From positions 1 through 64,000 of IMG/VR virus record IMGVR_UViG_3300046787_000508: a stretch of DNA of 64,000 bases; one strand, 5' to 3'. The notes under the pieces were generated by a model. That model saw only the letters and a program-made list of their open reading frames with translations. It searched no databases and was not told the DNA's origin. A program made the position numbers and the translations under genes. Below are positions 48,001 to 59,616 of this stretch, piece after piece. This DNA comes from a virus (Duplodnaviria > Caudoviricetes). Position 1 is the first letter of the stretch, and each line of letters begins with the position of its first letter.

Positions 48001-48599
48001 GCATATATCGGTGTATTATCAGTCCAAGATTCGATAGGAACTTTAGAATATAATTTAGTTCTTAACTTGGCTGTACTATCTATTGCGTCATATGGAGAAT
48101 ATACGTGTAAACCTGTACTATATTCATATAATGGTGTTGGACAATTGTACGAAATGGTGGCACTTGATGTTGTCGGAGGAGTACCTCTTTTACCCATTGA
48201 CACACACACATTTAAAATGTTACTTTTTACAGTGTCCTCAACATTAACAATTACATAAAAAACATTACTTGTATTTACAAAATCGTCATTTTTTAATTTA
48301 TATTCATCAAGGATTAACGATGTTTTTACTGGTCTATATAATCCATCTTCAGTTTGTGATATTGAAACGAAACCTCCGTTTGGGTCAAAGAAACCTACTG
48401 AAACGTAATCTAACGTACCGGTATATGTAACTTGAAAAACAGTAATACCGTAATCGGTACTTCCCAAATCTAAAGTCACAGTTTTATTTGCGAACCTCAT
48501 CGATTTGTCATATGCGTCATTGGTACCTATTGATGGTCTCGCTGACGTATAATCACTTTGTGTAAAATTTATTGTTGATGAATTATTAAATGTTGGCAT
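45057..48599 (-). CDS. Large putative virion protein with internal hydrophobic/TM segment, DUF5977-like motif and Ig-like module
   Basis: 1180 aa; GATILGLALIG...VLGAIVLIALLVIIFGKK; SCVSQQDANNKALA. Confidence 0.7.
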   Translation of the reverse strand: MPTFNNSSTINFTQSDYTSARPSIGTNDAYDKSMRFANKTVTLDLGSTDYGITVFQVTYTGTLDYVSVGFFDPNGGFVSISQTEDGLYRPVKTSLILDEYKLKNDDFVNTSNVFYVIVNVEDTVKSNILNVCVSMGKRGTPPTTSSATISYNCPTPLYEYSTGLHVYSPYDAIDSTAKLRTKLYSKVPIESWTDNTPIYAAKGFNNPALPYYYGYGSNVYKVGGIFDRSYGTQTEVTVTKKLFRSPKTTYETFGPRMWFDSGAQTSDACTMPFIEGVGRLRSITSVSSLSKPEQYRYYMGYHSTDIKTSNDSVFTKYTMSNGQHNPVVGSTHALSKLLLGVAKGYDRSWDANDWAQGATILGLALIGPIGSAISTSAIGTTISAWFAGGIGPFSPWGITLFSNVGQWISAALVNPWVLGAIVLIALLVIIFGKKTKRYREDCRQFLHHFTDGPYIEVSNESHDTVLYRNPTLTTINNGYYCDGVYYYTQTGNKIVSKELSFTNAMINEDPLKFQFQYSIKADEPTTVTDYNSLIVLSYTSGKPLPYCGTGIVYYNNNNLTHNVTPNCCDLETATSTTITVENGSEFSCVSQQDANNKALAVFNAAVDYAENYANYCQVIADEEIGELDVNFTHELKVENTPTRATLFYDDRDNGGATIGKSLYFDASGCQKVLNGYYGVTGTTTYCTFYHTTNGVIDGIYYMSSSNSTTTTTGEQIVTTNLDYSSNWFLTNANAMTLTYLTNGYDNDMSFDPNSLYTDGNLKKGFINNLETLDDFQVYNNFNTTSHSQANTGWYRPLIDWIGNKPFYYYKEQTITLNVEERCGSLFNRGFYINSVLDGVPTTTTNPISMVVKVYTENVGLSGTYNVKTSNNSPSTFVQYGNQISGGEVVTGITINSITTPNPFNKTTYAIGTSTTCYTPPPSSCYLTIVSTETVDVSGGTLGSATITFAGSNGQTSYSLNGVSKGSCSSPFVITGLSANTEYTVIISDSSECTDDVTFTLGTSIFTFDADYMMLTYEFTDGDDLDTRTRIVTPFVGQDTPIEYIGWSYKSQWPMSGTPYLTWGGDNTGTGFESVLVNLNVFKTAYPSSTELVMDLRGFWFGTVGNNNVNVAATLWKGGTPTKSGFVWVNSTATGTYNIDSVGKKITSQSSTSGQRIATLTYNLTTGSGLLNNNDTTTPTV

Positions 48600-48614
48600 C
48601 TTTTATATCTTAAT

Positions 48615-51600
48615 TTATACTTGACAAGTTATTGGTTCCGAACCACAAACACCCAAAGATGTTGCGATACCATTAGTTAATGAGTAAATTACTGGTTCGT
48701 TAATCCACGATTGATTTAATTTATATAAACCATCCGCAGTTGGTGTGGTTAAACCTTCGTCAAAATACCATGTTGTATTTTCCAACCCATTATTATTTAA
48801 ATCATTTTCATTAAAGAATACGTTTATTGTGTTTTCACATCCAATACAAGCATCTTCTTTAGTTGCACCATCTTGGTAATAACAGAATTGTTTAGATGTA
48901 ACACCTTGTTTATCAACAATAGCGTAATATGTAATATCATAGTTAGCGGTATGTGTTAATGTACCATTATTTGTTATGATGTTATTAATTCCAGGTGCCA
49001 TACCCCATCCAATAAAGTTAGAACTATTAGTTGCCGTTGCAGTTGCTGTTAAACTAGTTCCAATCGCAACTGTTTTTGTTTTTGTATTAAAGTTAACACC
49101 ACTACCATCATCAATATGTCCACTTGCTAATGGATTTATTGGTGATAATATGTATGTAACGTTAACATTATCAGGGTCACATATTTGAACCGCCTCAACT
49201 AAGCTAACACATTCTATTGGTGTACCAGTAGGTGTGGGTGTTGGAGTAGGTGTCGGCGTGTCCGTAGGTGTTGGAGTCGGCTCCGAAGTTGGGGTCGGTG
49301 TAGGGGTTGGGTTAACTATCTCAACTATTACATCAAAACCACAATCTAACGTCGCGGTAGGTGTAGGAGTTGGTGTAGGTTCACCTGTCGGTGTAGGAGT
49401 TGGCGTCGGAGTAATAATATTTACATCGACATCGAAACTACAGTCTAACGTTGCCGTTGGTGTCGGTGTAGGTGTAGGTGTTGGTTCCGAAGTTGGAGTT
49501 GGTGTCGGAGTGTTTGTTGGACCCGCAGTCGGTGTTGGTGTAGGAGTTGGTGTTACCACATCAACTATTACATCAAAATTACAATCTAATGTTGGTTCCG
49601 GCGTTGGAGTATTTGTTGGCGTAGGTGTTGGAGTGGGTGTTACTACATTTATATCCACGTCAAAATTACAATCCAATGTTGGAGTAGGTGTTGGCGTAGG
49701 TGTAGGTTCACCTGTCGGTGTTGGGGTTGGTGTAGGTGTGATAATATTCACGTCAACATCGAAACTACAATCTAATGTAGGTGTCGGTGTTGGGGTCGGC
49801 TCCTGTGTAGGAGTCGGTGTTGGTGTAACAATATTTACATCAACATCAAAACTACAATCTAATGTTGGTTCTGGTGTAGGTGTAGGGGTTGGTGTGGGTA
49901 CAAATGTCGATAATACCACATCGAAACCACAGTCTAAAGTTGCGGTCGGTGTGGGAGTTGGTGTAGGTTCACCTGTCGGTGTTGGAGTTGGTGTCGGTCC
50001 TTCAGTTGGTGTTGGTGTAGGTGTTGGTCCCTCAGTCGGAGTATTAGTCGGCGTAGGGGTCGGCTCCGAAGTTGGTGTTGGGGTCGGAGTTGGTTCAACG
50101 GTTGGTGTTGGCGTTGGTGTAGGTTCAACGGTAGGTGTTGGCGTGTTTGTTGGAGTCGGAGTATTAGTCGGCGTAGGTGTTGGAGTACCCGTAGGTGTTG
50201 GGGTATTAGTCGGAGTTGGTGTATTTGTAGGTGTAGGTGTTGGTGTCGGAGTTGGTGGGATACATTCAGGATAATAAATTGGTCCACATGTCTCACCAAC
50301 TTGGTCATTAGTACAAACAGGTAATCCTGTTGCATCTCTAACCATATCATTAACGTCAGAATTACTACTACAATCAAATCCAATGAATTGTTGTGATAGA
50401 TATTCGTCCATAAATTTGAACTTCTCTTCTTTATAAGAAACAACGATAGTATTAACATCAGTTGATTGACCATTTAATAATACTATGTTTTGTGTGTTTC
50501 CCGTTACATTAAAATGATAAAATATTTTTTTGTGATTAAATGTATTACAGTCAATTAACTCAACACTTGTAACTTCAATTAATTCACCATTTTCACTAAC
50601 CAATAAATCACCTTTTTGATAGTAATCTTCATTAACATCACAACAAGGTATTTCTGTAATTTCAGGTTTAATGAATAAATCTTCAGGATATTTGTATATA
50701 AATTGATATGGTATACTTTCTAAATTGATACCAATGTTAGTATACACCAAAACTTTACTTGTTGGTAATATCTCGTAAGTGTCATTGATTAAACTTGTTT
50801 TAACCGTAGAAAGACATTCCTTATTTTCAACTGTTACACCTGTGTATTCATATGCGAAACTATAATCATTGTTAATTTCCGCGTCTCTAAATTCTTGTGA
50901 GGTTAGGAAGTTACAATTTTTTAAATCAATTGAAATAAGAACATCACCTATTGATACGTTTTGAGTTGTTACACCACTAATTGAATTATCGTTTAATTTA
51001 CTAATAAATTCATCTTTTGATGTTGGTACATTACCACTAATTAATTTGTAAACAATACTACCTTTTTTTACACCGTAATCAAACGATGGTCTATATTGTA
51101 CTCTTGGGTTGATTGTGTATCCAGTAACGTCGTCAGCAATTTTAACAATTTTTTGTTGTAGTCCCTCAATTTTTACTCTTTGTTCACAGTTCGCAGCGTC
51201 TGAAAATATTAAATCTATAGTATCACTCTCCAAGAAGCTTGGGATAATGTACTTACATCTAACTATATTGTCATCAATAACACTAACCGCCTCACATATT
51301 GGTGAAGCATTAACATCATCGTCACATTCTTGATGAACGTAAATTGGCCATCTATAAGGGTCTCCACTTTCGTCACCCACAGCACCACTAACAGTAAAGT
51401 ATATGTCACTCTGTAATTGACAATTAGTAGTGTCACCAGTAAAAACTCTACATGGAGTACTAACGTCAACTCTTAAACTACATTCTTGTTTTGCAATACT
51501 ATAGTTAGGTGTAAAGTAAAAATCAACTAACTCATCAACTCTACATTCATTGTAGTCACTTGAGTGTGAAATAAATCTAACTTTTTCAATCCCATCAATA

Positions 51601-54485
51601 TCAATGAAGTAATCAGCGGATATTGTTTTCTTTGGTGATTGAGTACAAGATTCAACACCCGTGAATTCAACGTACGGTTCGTAATCAATCAAACAACCCG
51701 CAGAGTCTTGTGTTAATGAATTAATGTCATTAATTAAACCATTTAATGTTGTTTTCCAAAGTGTTTTTACCGTATCAATCGTTGTTGACCCAGTAAAATT
51801 CACCACCCATGATTGATTATTAAGGTACGTACCTCTATAATCACAGATTAACGGAATACTCGTTGTTGATGATGTAAGTTTTGTACATTCATTTGTTGGG
51901 GTAAAAGGTCCAAATGGTCTTATTAATGACGTATTCTTGTTATAAACCGTACCATTAATGTCCAACGACAATGTATATGTTAATCCACCAAATACGTGTA
52001 ATCCTCTGAATTTAGCGTGGTTTTCATAATCTATATTTCCATTACCGTCATAACCCCCACCAATGTAAGTTTCTAAATCCTCTTCAATTACATTTTCAAA
52101 ATTTGGATAAAGAACTTCAATAAATTCTTTTGGTGTACACGGTTGTCTATGTTGGTATTTCGACCTGTTTAAAACTCCGTTCTCAATTAAATTACCACCT
52201 AACCATTGTGTGGTTGCCGGAATAAATTGTTGAATAACTTCAACCCAATATGGACTCATTCTTTCAATGAACTCATTGATTGTAACAAAGTTATAAGGTG
52301 TAAACCCAACACTTGTCATGTAATCTTTGTAAATTTCCTTTAAGACTCTATATTCCTTTTTGTACTTAATAATATGTGAGTTCTTAATATTTTGACTTAC
52401 AATATTATTTAAGAATTGTGAAAACGTGACACCTGTTTGTGGTGTCATTGTGTGGAAACTTAAAGATAAATCTCTAGATTTTCTGTATATGTCATAATCA
52501 ATTGCTCTATCTGAAGATAGGAACACATTGATATTTTTTCTATTTAAAGTTAATTTGGAATCGTCGTCATTTACAACAACTTCCGTTTTTCTATTATCGA
52601 TTTCAGATGATATATCAAAACCGTAATCTAAACCAGGTAATTTTCTATAAACATTAAAGTAATCCTCACCATATGTGAAAGGTGCGGATTTTGTTTTTAA
52701 TACTTTTACTCTACCTGTTAAGTTAGATGTGTAAGTATCTAATATGTCTGAAGACCTATGGTCTAATGTTTTTCTATACCAACCTGAACCTTTAGCAAAG
52801 AAATAATCCCCGTTGGTTGTTTGTATTTTTCTTGGTAACCCACTATCCTCACTAACAGGATATTCACTTCTTGTTAGGGTTGTACTTCCGGTCGTTGTAA
52901 CAAGTCTATATGAATATGCAGGATATTCAACACCATCAATGGTAGTGTCAAATGGAACGAATTCCATATGATTAAATTCTTTTACCCCTTGGATAACATT
53001 ACGAATGTCATCTTCGAAAGTTTTAGTTGGTAATAAACTATCAACCTTGTAAACATACTCATCCAATCTAATCATTGGTTCAGGTGCCCCGATGAATTTT
53101 AGGAAGAACTCAATTGCCAATCTTGTACCTTTTGATTTGTAAAGATGTGCTAAGTTTGAGATTAATCTTCTATAAAATTCGTATTCGGCCTCAACTAAAT
53201 TAGGACCTAATGAAACACCTTCATATTGTGATGTGTGTCTCGTATATAGTGAATCTTGTAATGTCTTTTCATCGAATAGATTTACCGTCGATAAACCTAA
53301 CGTTTCAGATAAGTTTTTTAATAATAAATCGGGAACATTGTTAATACCATCATAACTTACATTTCTCATGTAAGCGATATTATCAATGAATTTTTTTATT
53401 TTATCAAAACTTTGTCCATATATTTGGAAAATTGCTTCCGCTTTTTTCTCTTCAGTATCAAATTCAAAAAGTTGTGGTGCCGTTAAAAACCTAACTAATA
53501 AATTAGATTTATAGTCATCAATTTCATCACCTAATGAACTTAATTTTTCAACGTAATATTCAAACTCTAAACCAACAATTTGGATGTTCCACCCATCTCT
53601 AGCAATTGGCCAATTGATTTGTTCACTGGTTAATTCTGTTGAATAACCGTCACTTGAATCTCTCGGAACCGTAAAATTAGCTTGGAATTTTGGTAACGTC
53701 TCTCTGTTTAATAAAACAGTTTGTAAATCATCTAATTGTTTGTAGAACTCCTCAGTTATCCCGTCATTCGGTCTAATGATATATGAGTCGGTATATGTAC
53801 TGTTATTGTTGAAACAATTTCCCTCAACTTTCATCGAGATTAGATTGTTAACGTCCGGTTCACTATAAACTAAGATATTATGTGTTGTACCACTAAAGTC
53901 TAACACATATTTTGTATATGACGAGAAAAAGTTTTTAAAGTCGTTCTCTGTCTGAGGTAAGGTATTACTTTTTGGTTCAATAAGTACAACACCCATTGGG
54001 TTATAAATTGCACTGTATTGGAATTTAAATTCTGTTGTATTTGTTAATCTATCGTAAACCGCAGATTCTGCCGTTAAGTTCGATGCTAAACCAGGTGTTG
54101 TTCCGTCCACCATAATTCCCGATGGGAATTTCTTAATGATATCTGTAACTGCGGTTCCTAATCTTTGTTTTAGTGAACCATATAATGATTTACCCGCATC
54201 AGATTTTGAATTTTTAAATTTAATTTTCTGTTTTTGACCGCTAAAAGGTAAAGTATCAACAACCGGACTCTCCTCTTCTTTTAAATCATCTAAAGTGATG
54301 AAATCAGAAAAGGGAACTGTTCTAAATTCTTTACTATCCTTTTCAGGAATAACTCTATCAATTGCAAAATTGGTGTTAGTCAGTTGACTTGACCCATCGG
54401 TAATTTGATTACCGACAAGACTATCACTAAACGTTTCCGCTCCACTTGCAGCCTGACTTGGTACCTTGTATCTTATTTTTGCCAT
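48615..54485 (-). CDS. Very large putative baseplate/tail protein with PT stalk
   Basis: 1956 aa; [15 protein letters not shown] pattern typical of baseplate-wedge-like proteins; PT region with 7 LDCxFDV nodes. Confidence 0.7.
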   Translation of the reverse strand: MAKIRYKVPSQAASGAETFSDSLVGNQITDGSSQLTNTNFAIDRVIPEKDSKEFRTVPFSDFITLDDLKEEESPVVDTLPFSGQKQKIKFKNSKSDAGKSLYGSLKQRLGTAVTDIIKKFPSGIMVDGTTPGLASNLTAESAVYDRLTNTTEFKFQYSAIYNPMGVVLIEPKSNTLPQTENDFKNFFSSYTKYVLDFSGTTHNILVYSEPDVNNLISMKVEGNCFNNNSTYTDSYIIRPNDGITEEFYKQLDDLQTVLLNRETLPKFQANFTVPRDSSDGYSTELTSEQINWPIARDGWNIQIVGLEFEYYVEKLSSLGDEIDDYKSNLLVRFLTAPQLFEFDTEEKKAEAIFQIYGQSFDKIKKFIDNIAYMRNVSYDGINNVPDLLLKNLSETLGLSTVNLFDEKTLQDSLYTRHTSQYEGVSLGPNLVEAEYEFYRRLISNLAHLYKSKGTRLAIEFFLKFIGAPEPMIRLDEYVYKVDSLLPTKTFEDDIRNVIQGVKEFNHMEFVPFDTTIDGVEYPAYSYRLVTTTGSTTLTRSEYPVSEDSGLPRKIQTTNGDYFFAKGSGWYRKTLDHRSSDILDTYTSNLTGRVKVLKTKSAPFTYGEDYFNVYRKLPGLDYGFDISSEIDNRKTEVVVNDDDSKLTLNRKNINVFLSSDRAIDYDIYRKSRDLSLSFHTMTPQTGVTFSQFLNNIVSQNIKNSHIIKYKKEYRVLKEIYKDYMTSVGFTPYNFVTINEFIERMSPYWVEVIQQFIPATTQWLGGNLIENGVLNRSKYQHRQPCTPKEFIEVLYPNFENVIEEDLETYIGGGYDGNGNIDYENHAKFRGLHVFGGLTYTLSLDINGTVYNKNTSLIRPFGPFTPTNECTKLTSSTTSIPLICDYRGTYLNNQSWVVNFTGSTTIDTVKTLWKTTLNGLINDINSLTQDSAGCLIDYEPYVEFTGVESCTQSPKKTISADYFIDIDGIEKVRFISHSSDYNECRVDELVDFYFTPNYSIAKQECSLRVDVSTPCRVFTGDTTNCQLQSDIYFTVSGAVGDESGDPYRWPIYVHQECDDDVNASPICEAVSVIDDNIVRCKYIIPSFLESDTIDLIFSDAANCEQRVKIEGLQQKIVKIADDVTGYTINPRVQYRPSFDYGVKKGSIVYKLISGNVPTSKDEFISKLNDNSISGVTTQNVSIGDVLISIDLKNCNFLTSQEFRDAEINNDYSFAYEYTGVTVENKECLSTVKTSLINDTYEILPTSKVLVYTNIGINLESIPYQFIYKYPEDLFIKPEITEIPCCDVNEDYYQKGDLLVSENGELIEVTSVELIDCNTFNHKKIFYHFNVTGNTQNIVLLNGQSTDVNTIVVSYKEEKFKFMDEYLSQQFIGFDCSSNSDVNDMVRDATGLPVCTNDQVGETCGPIYYPECIPPTPTPTPTPTNTPTPTNTPTPTGTPTPTPTNTPTPTNTPTPTVEPTPTPTPTVEPTPTPTPTSEPTPTPTNTPTEGPTPTPTPTEGPTPTPTPTGEPTPTPTPTATLDCGFDVVLSTFVPTPTPTPTPEPTLDCSFDVDVNIVTPTPTPTQEPTPTPTPTLDCSFDVDVNIITPTPTPTPTGEPTPTPTPTPTLDCNFDVDINVVTPTPTPTPTNTPTPEPTLDCNFDVIVDVVTPTPTPTPTAGPTNTPTPTPTSEPTPTPTPTPTATLDCSFDVDVNIITPTPTPTPTGEPTPTPTPTATLDCGFDVIVEIVNPTPTPTPTSEPTPTPTDTPTPTPTPTPTGTPIECVSLVEAVQICDPDNVNVTYILSPINPLASGHIDDGSGVNFNTKTKTVAIGTSLTATATATNSSNFIGWGMAPGINNIITNNGTLTHTANYDITYYAIVDKQGVTSKQFCYYQDGATKEDACIGCENTINVFFNENDLNNNGLENTTWYFDEGLTTPTADGLYKLNQSWINEPVIYSLTNGIATSLGVCGSEPITCQV
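49220..50255 (-). repeat. Pro-Thr low-complexity array punctuated by 7 LDC(S/G/N)FDV units
   Basis: Read directly from the translation. Confidence 0.9.
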
Positions 54486-55396
54486 TATTCGGTAATAACA
54501 TTAAAGTTTAAATTTTCATCAATATCTGTTTTTCTTTCTCTAACCTCGTATAACGTTTCGTTATATTGGTCTTTAACCTCATAAAGGTTATATTGTCTGT
54601 AGATACTGTTATTGTTATCGTAGATAGTGTATACACCATCAGAAACAGATTTACTTTGATTACCGTACAATGCATGTGCTAATGTAGTTGCATCATGTTC
54701 AACCATTTCAACCTCAACAGTTGTTGGGTTAAAATATGTATTTGTTAATATAATGTTTTGGTTTGGTTGACCAATAAATGGTACCGTAGTTGCTCTTGTT
54801 GATGGAGCCGCACTTGGTGTGATGGTTAAAAACATAAAGTTTGTTGCCGCATCAGTATATCTATACCTAATTGATTTTTGATTTGTGTTGGTTGTGTTTG
54901 ATATTACCGGTTCACAATAAAAATTAGATGTTACTACTCTATAAAAATTTGGTATTTTTTTATTATCCGTAGGGTTAATGTATTCAATTCTGTAACCAAC
55001 AACTCCTTGAGGTGAAAATTTACCTCTATCCGCTGAAGGTACTGTACTTAAATCAATAATTAAACCTCTAACTGAAGGAAGAGACGCTAAAATTCCACAA
55101 TCAGCAATTGTTGTTCTGATTTGTTTAGGTCTCATATGAAGTGTGTAAATTCCAAGTTCTGAGAAATCGGCAGCGGCAAGTTTTAGGTTATATAACCCAC
55201 CAAGTACTTCTACGTCCTCTGTTCCACCTGTTTCTCCATTATGTAAAACCGGAGTCAAATAATCAGAGGCTGGACTTAATTTTTTAAATGTAACTGGAGA
55301 CGTTGCCGTTCTACCTGAAACGTAGTGATAAAAGATATCAACATCGTCAGGAGATACATCCGCAGGTCTCACAATACCGTAACTACCAATTGCCAT
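54485..55396 (-). CDS. Putative virion structural protein
   Basis: 303 aa; TAATG coupling; TATTTAT upstream (55409-55415). Confidence 0.7.
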   Translation of the reverse strand: MAIGSYGIVRPADVSPDDVDIFYHYVSGRTATSPVTFKKLSPASDYLTPVLHNGETGGTEDVEVLGGLYNLKLAAADFSELGIYTLHMRPKQIRTTIADCGILASLPSVRGLIIDLSTVPSADRGKFSPQGVVGYRIEYINPTDNKKIPNFYRVVTSNFYCEPVISNTTNTNQKSIRYRYTDAATNFMFLTITPSAAPSTRATTVPFIGQPNQNIILTNTYFNPTTVEVEMVEHDATTLAHALYGNQSKSVSDGVYTIYDNNNSIYRQYNLYEVKDQYNETLYEVRERKTDIDENLNFNVITE

Positions 55397-55421
55397 GTTT
55401 TTTTATTTATAAATATGATTT

Positions 55422-56342
55422 TTATTGTTTTTTTACATTAAAATATCCACTTCCGTACACACTTATTTCTCCAACACTGTCCATTTCACCTAATCTTAGG
55501 TTCCTTTCCATGATTCCTTGTTTACCTCTCTCAACAAAAATGTCAGAAAAAATCTGTGGTTCGTCAATGAAACCAAGTAAATGTTCGTTTCTAGTTACCA
55601 TTCCTTGGTACACTTCTTCGTTTTGATATGAAGCGGTTGTTCCTGTAATATGTGTGTAACCATCTGCGTAATCCATATAATATAACTCATTTATTGTATA
55701 TCCTGTATAGTTATCTGTAATTGTTAACCCACTATACGCATTTACTGTACCATATTTTCTAACTTCATCAATTCTACTCTTACCAATTGCCATAAAAGAT
55801 ATATTGGTATTTTCGGTTTGACCCGTTAATGTTCTGTAGTTTTGTAAATAATTTTGACTGTGGGTTATTTCAGGGGAACTATAGGGAACACTAAATGTTA
55901 ATGTACCTAAATCTGTTGGTATTCCATATGAACTCGTAAATGGAACAGTTAATGTTTTTTTTACTTTATTTATTCTCCACGGAGAATCTACAGTAATTTC
56001 AATAGTCTTTACACCATTTGTCGAATATGTGTGACTTGCGGATGTTAGATTTGCATCGTATACTGTCGGCATGGTAATGGTACTCGTTGTACCGTCCCCC
56101 CATGATACTCTAAAAACCGCATTAACTAAATCTTTTAATTTGGTTGTGTTGGTTGTGTTATAAACTGTAATTGTATTGCCATTACCTCTATATGTGAAGT
56201 TACAAAATTGTTCTACCTGTTCAATGTCACCGTCAAATGAAACCATAACACCCATTTCATCTACACTACTTTCTAAGAAAATCGGTAAATTAAATGTCAA
56301 CCCCGTTGAGGGTCTCAATATTTGATGTTTTATTCTTTTCAT
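55422..56342 (-). CDS. Putative virion protein with PKD-like motif
   Basis: VSWGDGT...SHTYSTNG.KTI. Confidence 0.7.
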   Translation of the reverse strand: MKRIKHQILRPSTGLTFNLPIFLESSVDEMGVMVSFDGDIEQVEQFCNFTYRGNGNTITVYNTTNTTKLKDLVNAVFRVSWGDGTTSTITMPTVYDANLTSASHTYSTNGVKTIEITVDSPWRINKVKKTLTVPFTSSYGIPTDLGTLTFSVPYSSPEITHSQNYLQNYRTLTGQTENTNISFMAIGKSRIDEVRKYGTVNAYSGLTITDNYTGYTINELYYMDYADGYTHITGTTASYQNEEVYQGMVTRNEHLLGFIDEPQIFSDIFVERGKQGIMERNLRLGEMDSVGEISVYGSGYFNVKKQ

Positions 56343-56347
56343 AATTC

Positions 56348-57154
56348 TTAAATGGTTCCATTAATTGCCTCGTAAAAGTTTATTGGGTCACCTGATTCCC
56401 CAATTCTACTTCCGGTAGTCCCATTATATCTAAATACTTGGTAGGTGTAATCTGTCTTATCCATTACCAATTTATAATACACGTCTTGAGACTCATTTAC
56501 CGTAGTTGTTGGGGATACCGATTTATTATTAAAATTTAAAATCGACCCATCTTTAGCATCAAAGAATCTTGCCGTCATGTAAAAAGTGTCACCTGACATT
56601 GTTGTACCGTTAAGTACCGTATCATCTTGGAACCAATATAGATACATGTTTTCTTTGTTTCTATAATTTGAACCGGTGAATACAGGTACATGGATATAGT
56701 CGTATAATTTTGTGTAATAAATTTTTTCACCTAATGGAATTGAAAGGTTTTTAGAAAGAACTAATTTTCTATTTCCTCTAGTTGGTCTTTCATCGTTAGG
56801 TGTTTTATATAATTCAAGTCTGAAAAAACTTTCTGAAGATTCTCTCGACATTTTATTATTTTCATCACTTGTAATGCCGATATGTTCGTAATCTAAACCA
56901 CCAACGTGTGTGTTAGAACCATTATAAAAAAAGAATTGGAACCAAATATCAGTTTGTTCCACACTATTTTCTGAACTTGTATATGGTTTATGGATGTATC
57001 TAACCGTTTCAAAATTTTCAGTTGGGTTTATGATATCTTTAAGGACTTCCTTTTCATATTCTTCAATACCCTCTTGCCATCCCAAGTCCAATCTAAAGTT
57101 GGTCTCTGAATTAAGTAATAAATTACCGTCTAAATCACTTTGTATTATTTTCAT
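56348..57154 (-). CDS. Putative virion structural protein
   Basis: 268-aa ORF in the structural operon. Confidence 0.7.
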   Translation of the reverse strand: MKIIQSDLDGNLLLNSETNFRLDLGWQEGIEEYEKEVLKDIINPTENFETVRYIHKPYTSSENSVEQTDIWFQFFFYNGSNTHVGGLDYEHIGITSDENNKMSRESSESFFRLELYKTPNDERPTRGNRKLVLSKNLSIPLGEKIYYTKLYDYIHVPVFTGSNYRNKENMYLYWFQDDTVLNGTTMSGDTFYMTARFFDAKDGSILNFNNKSVSPTTTVNESQDVYYKLVMDKTDYTYQVFRYNGTTGSRIGESGDPINFYEAINGTI

Positions 57155-58923
57155 TAACAGTTAGGATTAGTTTTTCCACCATTTTTATTTTTATCGTTTG
57201 TTAAGTTGAAATTAATAATTCCATCTTTTTTGGTTGTGAACGCCTTTTCATTTCTAAGGTAGAAGTTTATATTATTCTGAATATAATGTGTATCATTCAT
57301 ATACGGATAATCAACACCGTAACCATCTACGTCAGTATATCCTAATTCATAAACATCTCTCCATTTCCATAATTTTCCATCGGGGAAAAATTTAGCATTG
57401 TCAGGTAAAAATAGAATATCGTTTGTATCTGAAGTTTCAATATATGGTGATAACTCTCTAATTTTAACACGATAGTGTGGTTGGTAATATAATCCTGTTG
57501 GGTTAGTGGTGGTACTACCTGGATATTCTATATTTGACGTTTGGTCATGGTCGAATACTAATGGATTACTTACAATTTTATGGAAAGCTTCGGAAATAAT
57601 TCTTTCTTTCATCATTAATGGGTCATATTCAACATACGCACCTGTGACGATATCACCTTTTGATAGTGTATTACCCGTATAAAACGTTATCCCACTTTTT
57701 GTCATTGGTGTTGATGTCATCCCCACTTCATTTGTTCCTGTACCATCAAAATGATTATCTATCCAATAATCGTGTATATGGAACGAATAACCGACCTTTG
57801 GTGGGTAATTGAAGTATCCGTTACCATTACGAAATATCGTCGTTACATAGACCTCAGTTGGGGTGTAATTAAGATTGTTTGTCATCCCCGTTAATGTAAC
57901 AGGTACCTTGAAATCAAATAAAACCGATTCCATCCTATTTCTTTCAACTAATGGGTCAACATCTCCGTTTTTATTTTGAAATAATAGTTTTCTTTCTTCC
58001 TCGAATATTGCTGATTCAAACCCAACTTTATCTAATATATAATCACTTGTTTCCGTTAATATTCTATGTTTATGTACATAATACTCACTTGTAGAACCTG
58101 TTATATTACTAATATTTGTACAACGTTTACCCATAACCAACTGATTAAGGGTTGTACCTGATTCAAATTGAGTTTTATATAAATTAATTACATAACTTGA
58201 TGAATCATAATATTCGTCACCAACTGAACTTATGTAATAAGGTACGTCTTCAATAATGACATATTCACCTTGTGACATACCGTGTTTGATTGGACTTGTT
58301 AATTTATATGAATTAGTTGTACTTGATACTCTAAATGGTATACCATCTCCACTTGTAAATGTTATTAAATTTACACCTTCAGTTTTAGTTACACCACTTA
58401 AGGTATACTTCATTGGGAAAGTTTTAGTGTGAGATGAAACATGTGATAAATAAATGTTCCAATTGTGATATGGTGCCGTGATTGGTGTTACTTTTTGATG
58501 TGTAGTATCTCCGGTAGTAATGATTGAGAATCCCGTAAATCCAGATAATGAATTTGTCGACACGTCTTGAGTTATTTCTCTAAACACGTCTTTTCTTAGG
58601 AACGCAAATTCATCATAGGGTAAGTAACCTGTAAAGTCTAAGTTTTCACCGTTACCCTCTAATGCTAATTTATTTTCTAAATAATCATAAGGAGAAGTTC
58701 CAAGATATAAATTTCTAAAAACCACTTTTAATTTACCAAAAATTTTATACCTAACACAAGCTTCTCTTTCTGTTTTAAATTGTTCAGCAAGGTCAAGAAT
58801 AACGTCTCTATCGTCAATTCTTAAAAGAGATTTCTCTTCATCTAAACCAATACGAATTTGTAACTCCTCAGTTGGGGAATTTTCGTATTTTAGAGTTGGT
58901 AATATTATTTGTTTTTTTTCCAT
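57154..58923 (-). CDS. Putative virion structural protein
   Basis: Likely start MEKKQ at 58923 (TAATG), 589 aa. Confidence 0.7.
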   Translation of the reverse strand: MEKKQIILPTLKYENSPTEELQIRIGLDEEKSLLRIDDRDVILDLAEQFKTEREACVRYKIFGKLKVVFRNLYLGTSPYDYLENKLALEGNGENLDFTGYLPYDEFAFLRKDVFREITQDVSTNSLSGFTGFSIITTGDTTHQKVTPITAPYHNWNIYLSHVSSHTKTFPMKYTLSGVTKTEGVNLITFTSGDGIPFRVSSTTNSYKLTSPIKHGMSQGEYVIIEDVPYYISSVGDEYYDSSSYVINLYKTQFESGTTLNQLVMGKRCTNISNITGSTSEYYVHKHRILTETSDYILDKVGFESAIFEEERKLLFQNKNGDVDPLVERNRMESVLFDFKVPVTLTGMTNNLNYTPTEVYVTTIFRNGNGYFNYPPKVGYSFHIHDYWIDNHFDGTGTNEVGMTSTPMTKSGITFYTGNTLSKGDIVTGAYVEYDPLMMKERIISEAFHKIVSNPLVFDHDQTSNIEYPGSTTTNPTGLYYQPHYRVKIRELSPYIETSDTNDILFLPDNAKFFPDGKLWKWRDVYELGYTDVDGYGVDYPYMNDTHYIQNNINFYLRNEKAFTTKKDGIINFNLTNDKNKNGGKTNPNC

Positions 58924-59615
58924 TAATCTTGTGTATTGAAAATGTAATTTCTTATAGATTTGAATAACGTGTATGGTTGTTTTCCAACATAACACACTCC
59001 GTCTTCAGTGACTAATCTATTATATTCGTATGCCATTCCTGCACTTACCCAATTTATTTCTTCACCCATGTCACGTCTAACTAAATCTGCAATTTTGTTT
59101 TCGTCATATCTCATACCATTTTTACTTAATGGTAATTTACTCACAACGTAATCACTATATCCCTTTTCCTTACATGAACATCTTGTCATTTCTACGTTTG
59201 ATTTGTATTCACCTCTAATTGCCGAAACTTCAATACCATCAAGATATTCCGACATCTCAACAATTTTTCTATATGATAACCCACTAAAACAAGTTGTGAA
59301 CATTAATTTAGTGTCTTTAGTCATAATCGGTTTTAACGCGTCGATAACTTCCTTTATCTTTTCGTAATTTTCATCAGTCTGTACTAATTTTTTTCCGGTA
59401 CCATAACTTGTTAAATTTATCTGATTAAGGACATAAGGATATTTTGTTATAAATTTCTTTATACCTTCTATCGTTTCATCTAAACTTTTATATGGACCAA
59501 CACTGTGTGTAAATTTTGACAAAAAACTATATAAATTAAATTCTTCTTTTTTATAGTTTATGTAAATTATTAAGTGTGTCGGTCTTCTTCTTTTAAATAA
59601 ATCTTTTATCCACAT
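58923..59615 (-). CDS. DUF4347/caspase-hemoglobinase-fold-like protein
   Basis: Likely start MWIKD; INLTSYG...LMFTTCFSG...VSA spacing. Confidence 0.45.
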   Translation of the reverse strand: MWIKDLFKRRRPTHLIIYINYKKEEFNLYSFLSKFTHSVGPYKSLDETIEGIKKFITKYPYVLNQINLTSYGTGKKLVQTDENYEKIKEVIDALKPIMTKDTKLMFTTCFSGLSYRKIVEMSEYLDGIEVSAIRGEYKSNVEMTRCSCKEKGYSDYVVSKLPLSKNGMRYDENKIADLVRRDMGEEINWVSAGMAYEYNRLVTEDGVCYVGKQPYTLFKSIRNYIFNTQD

Positions 59616-59616
59616 A

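Noticed and set aside
43221-50274. Long + strand GVGVGV ORFs (43221-43853, 49234-50274)
   Set aside because: Antisense shadows of PT repeats in real - strand genes
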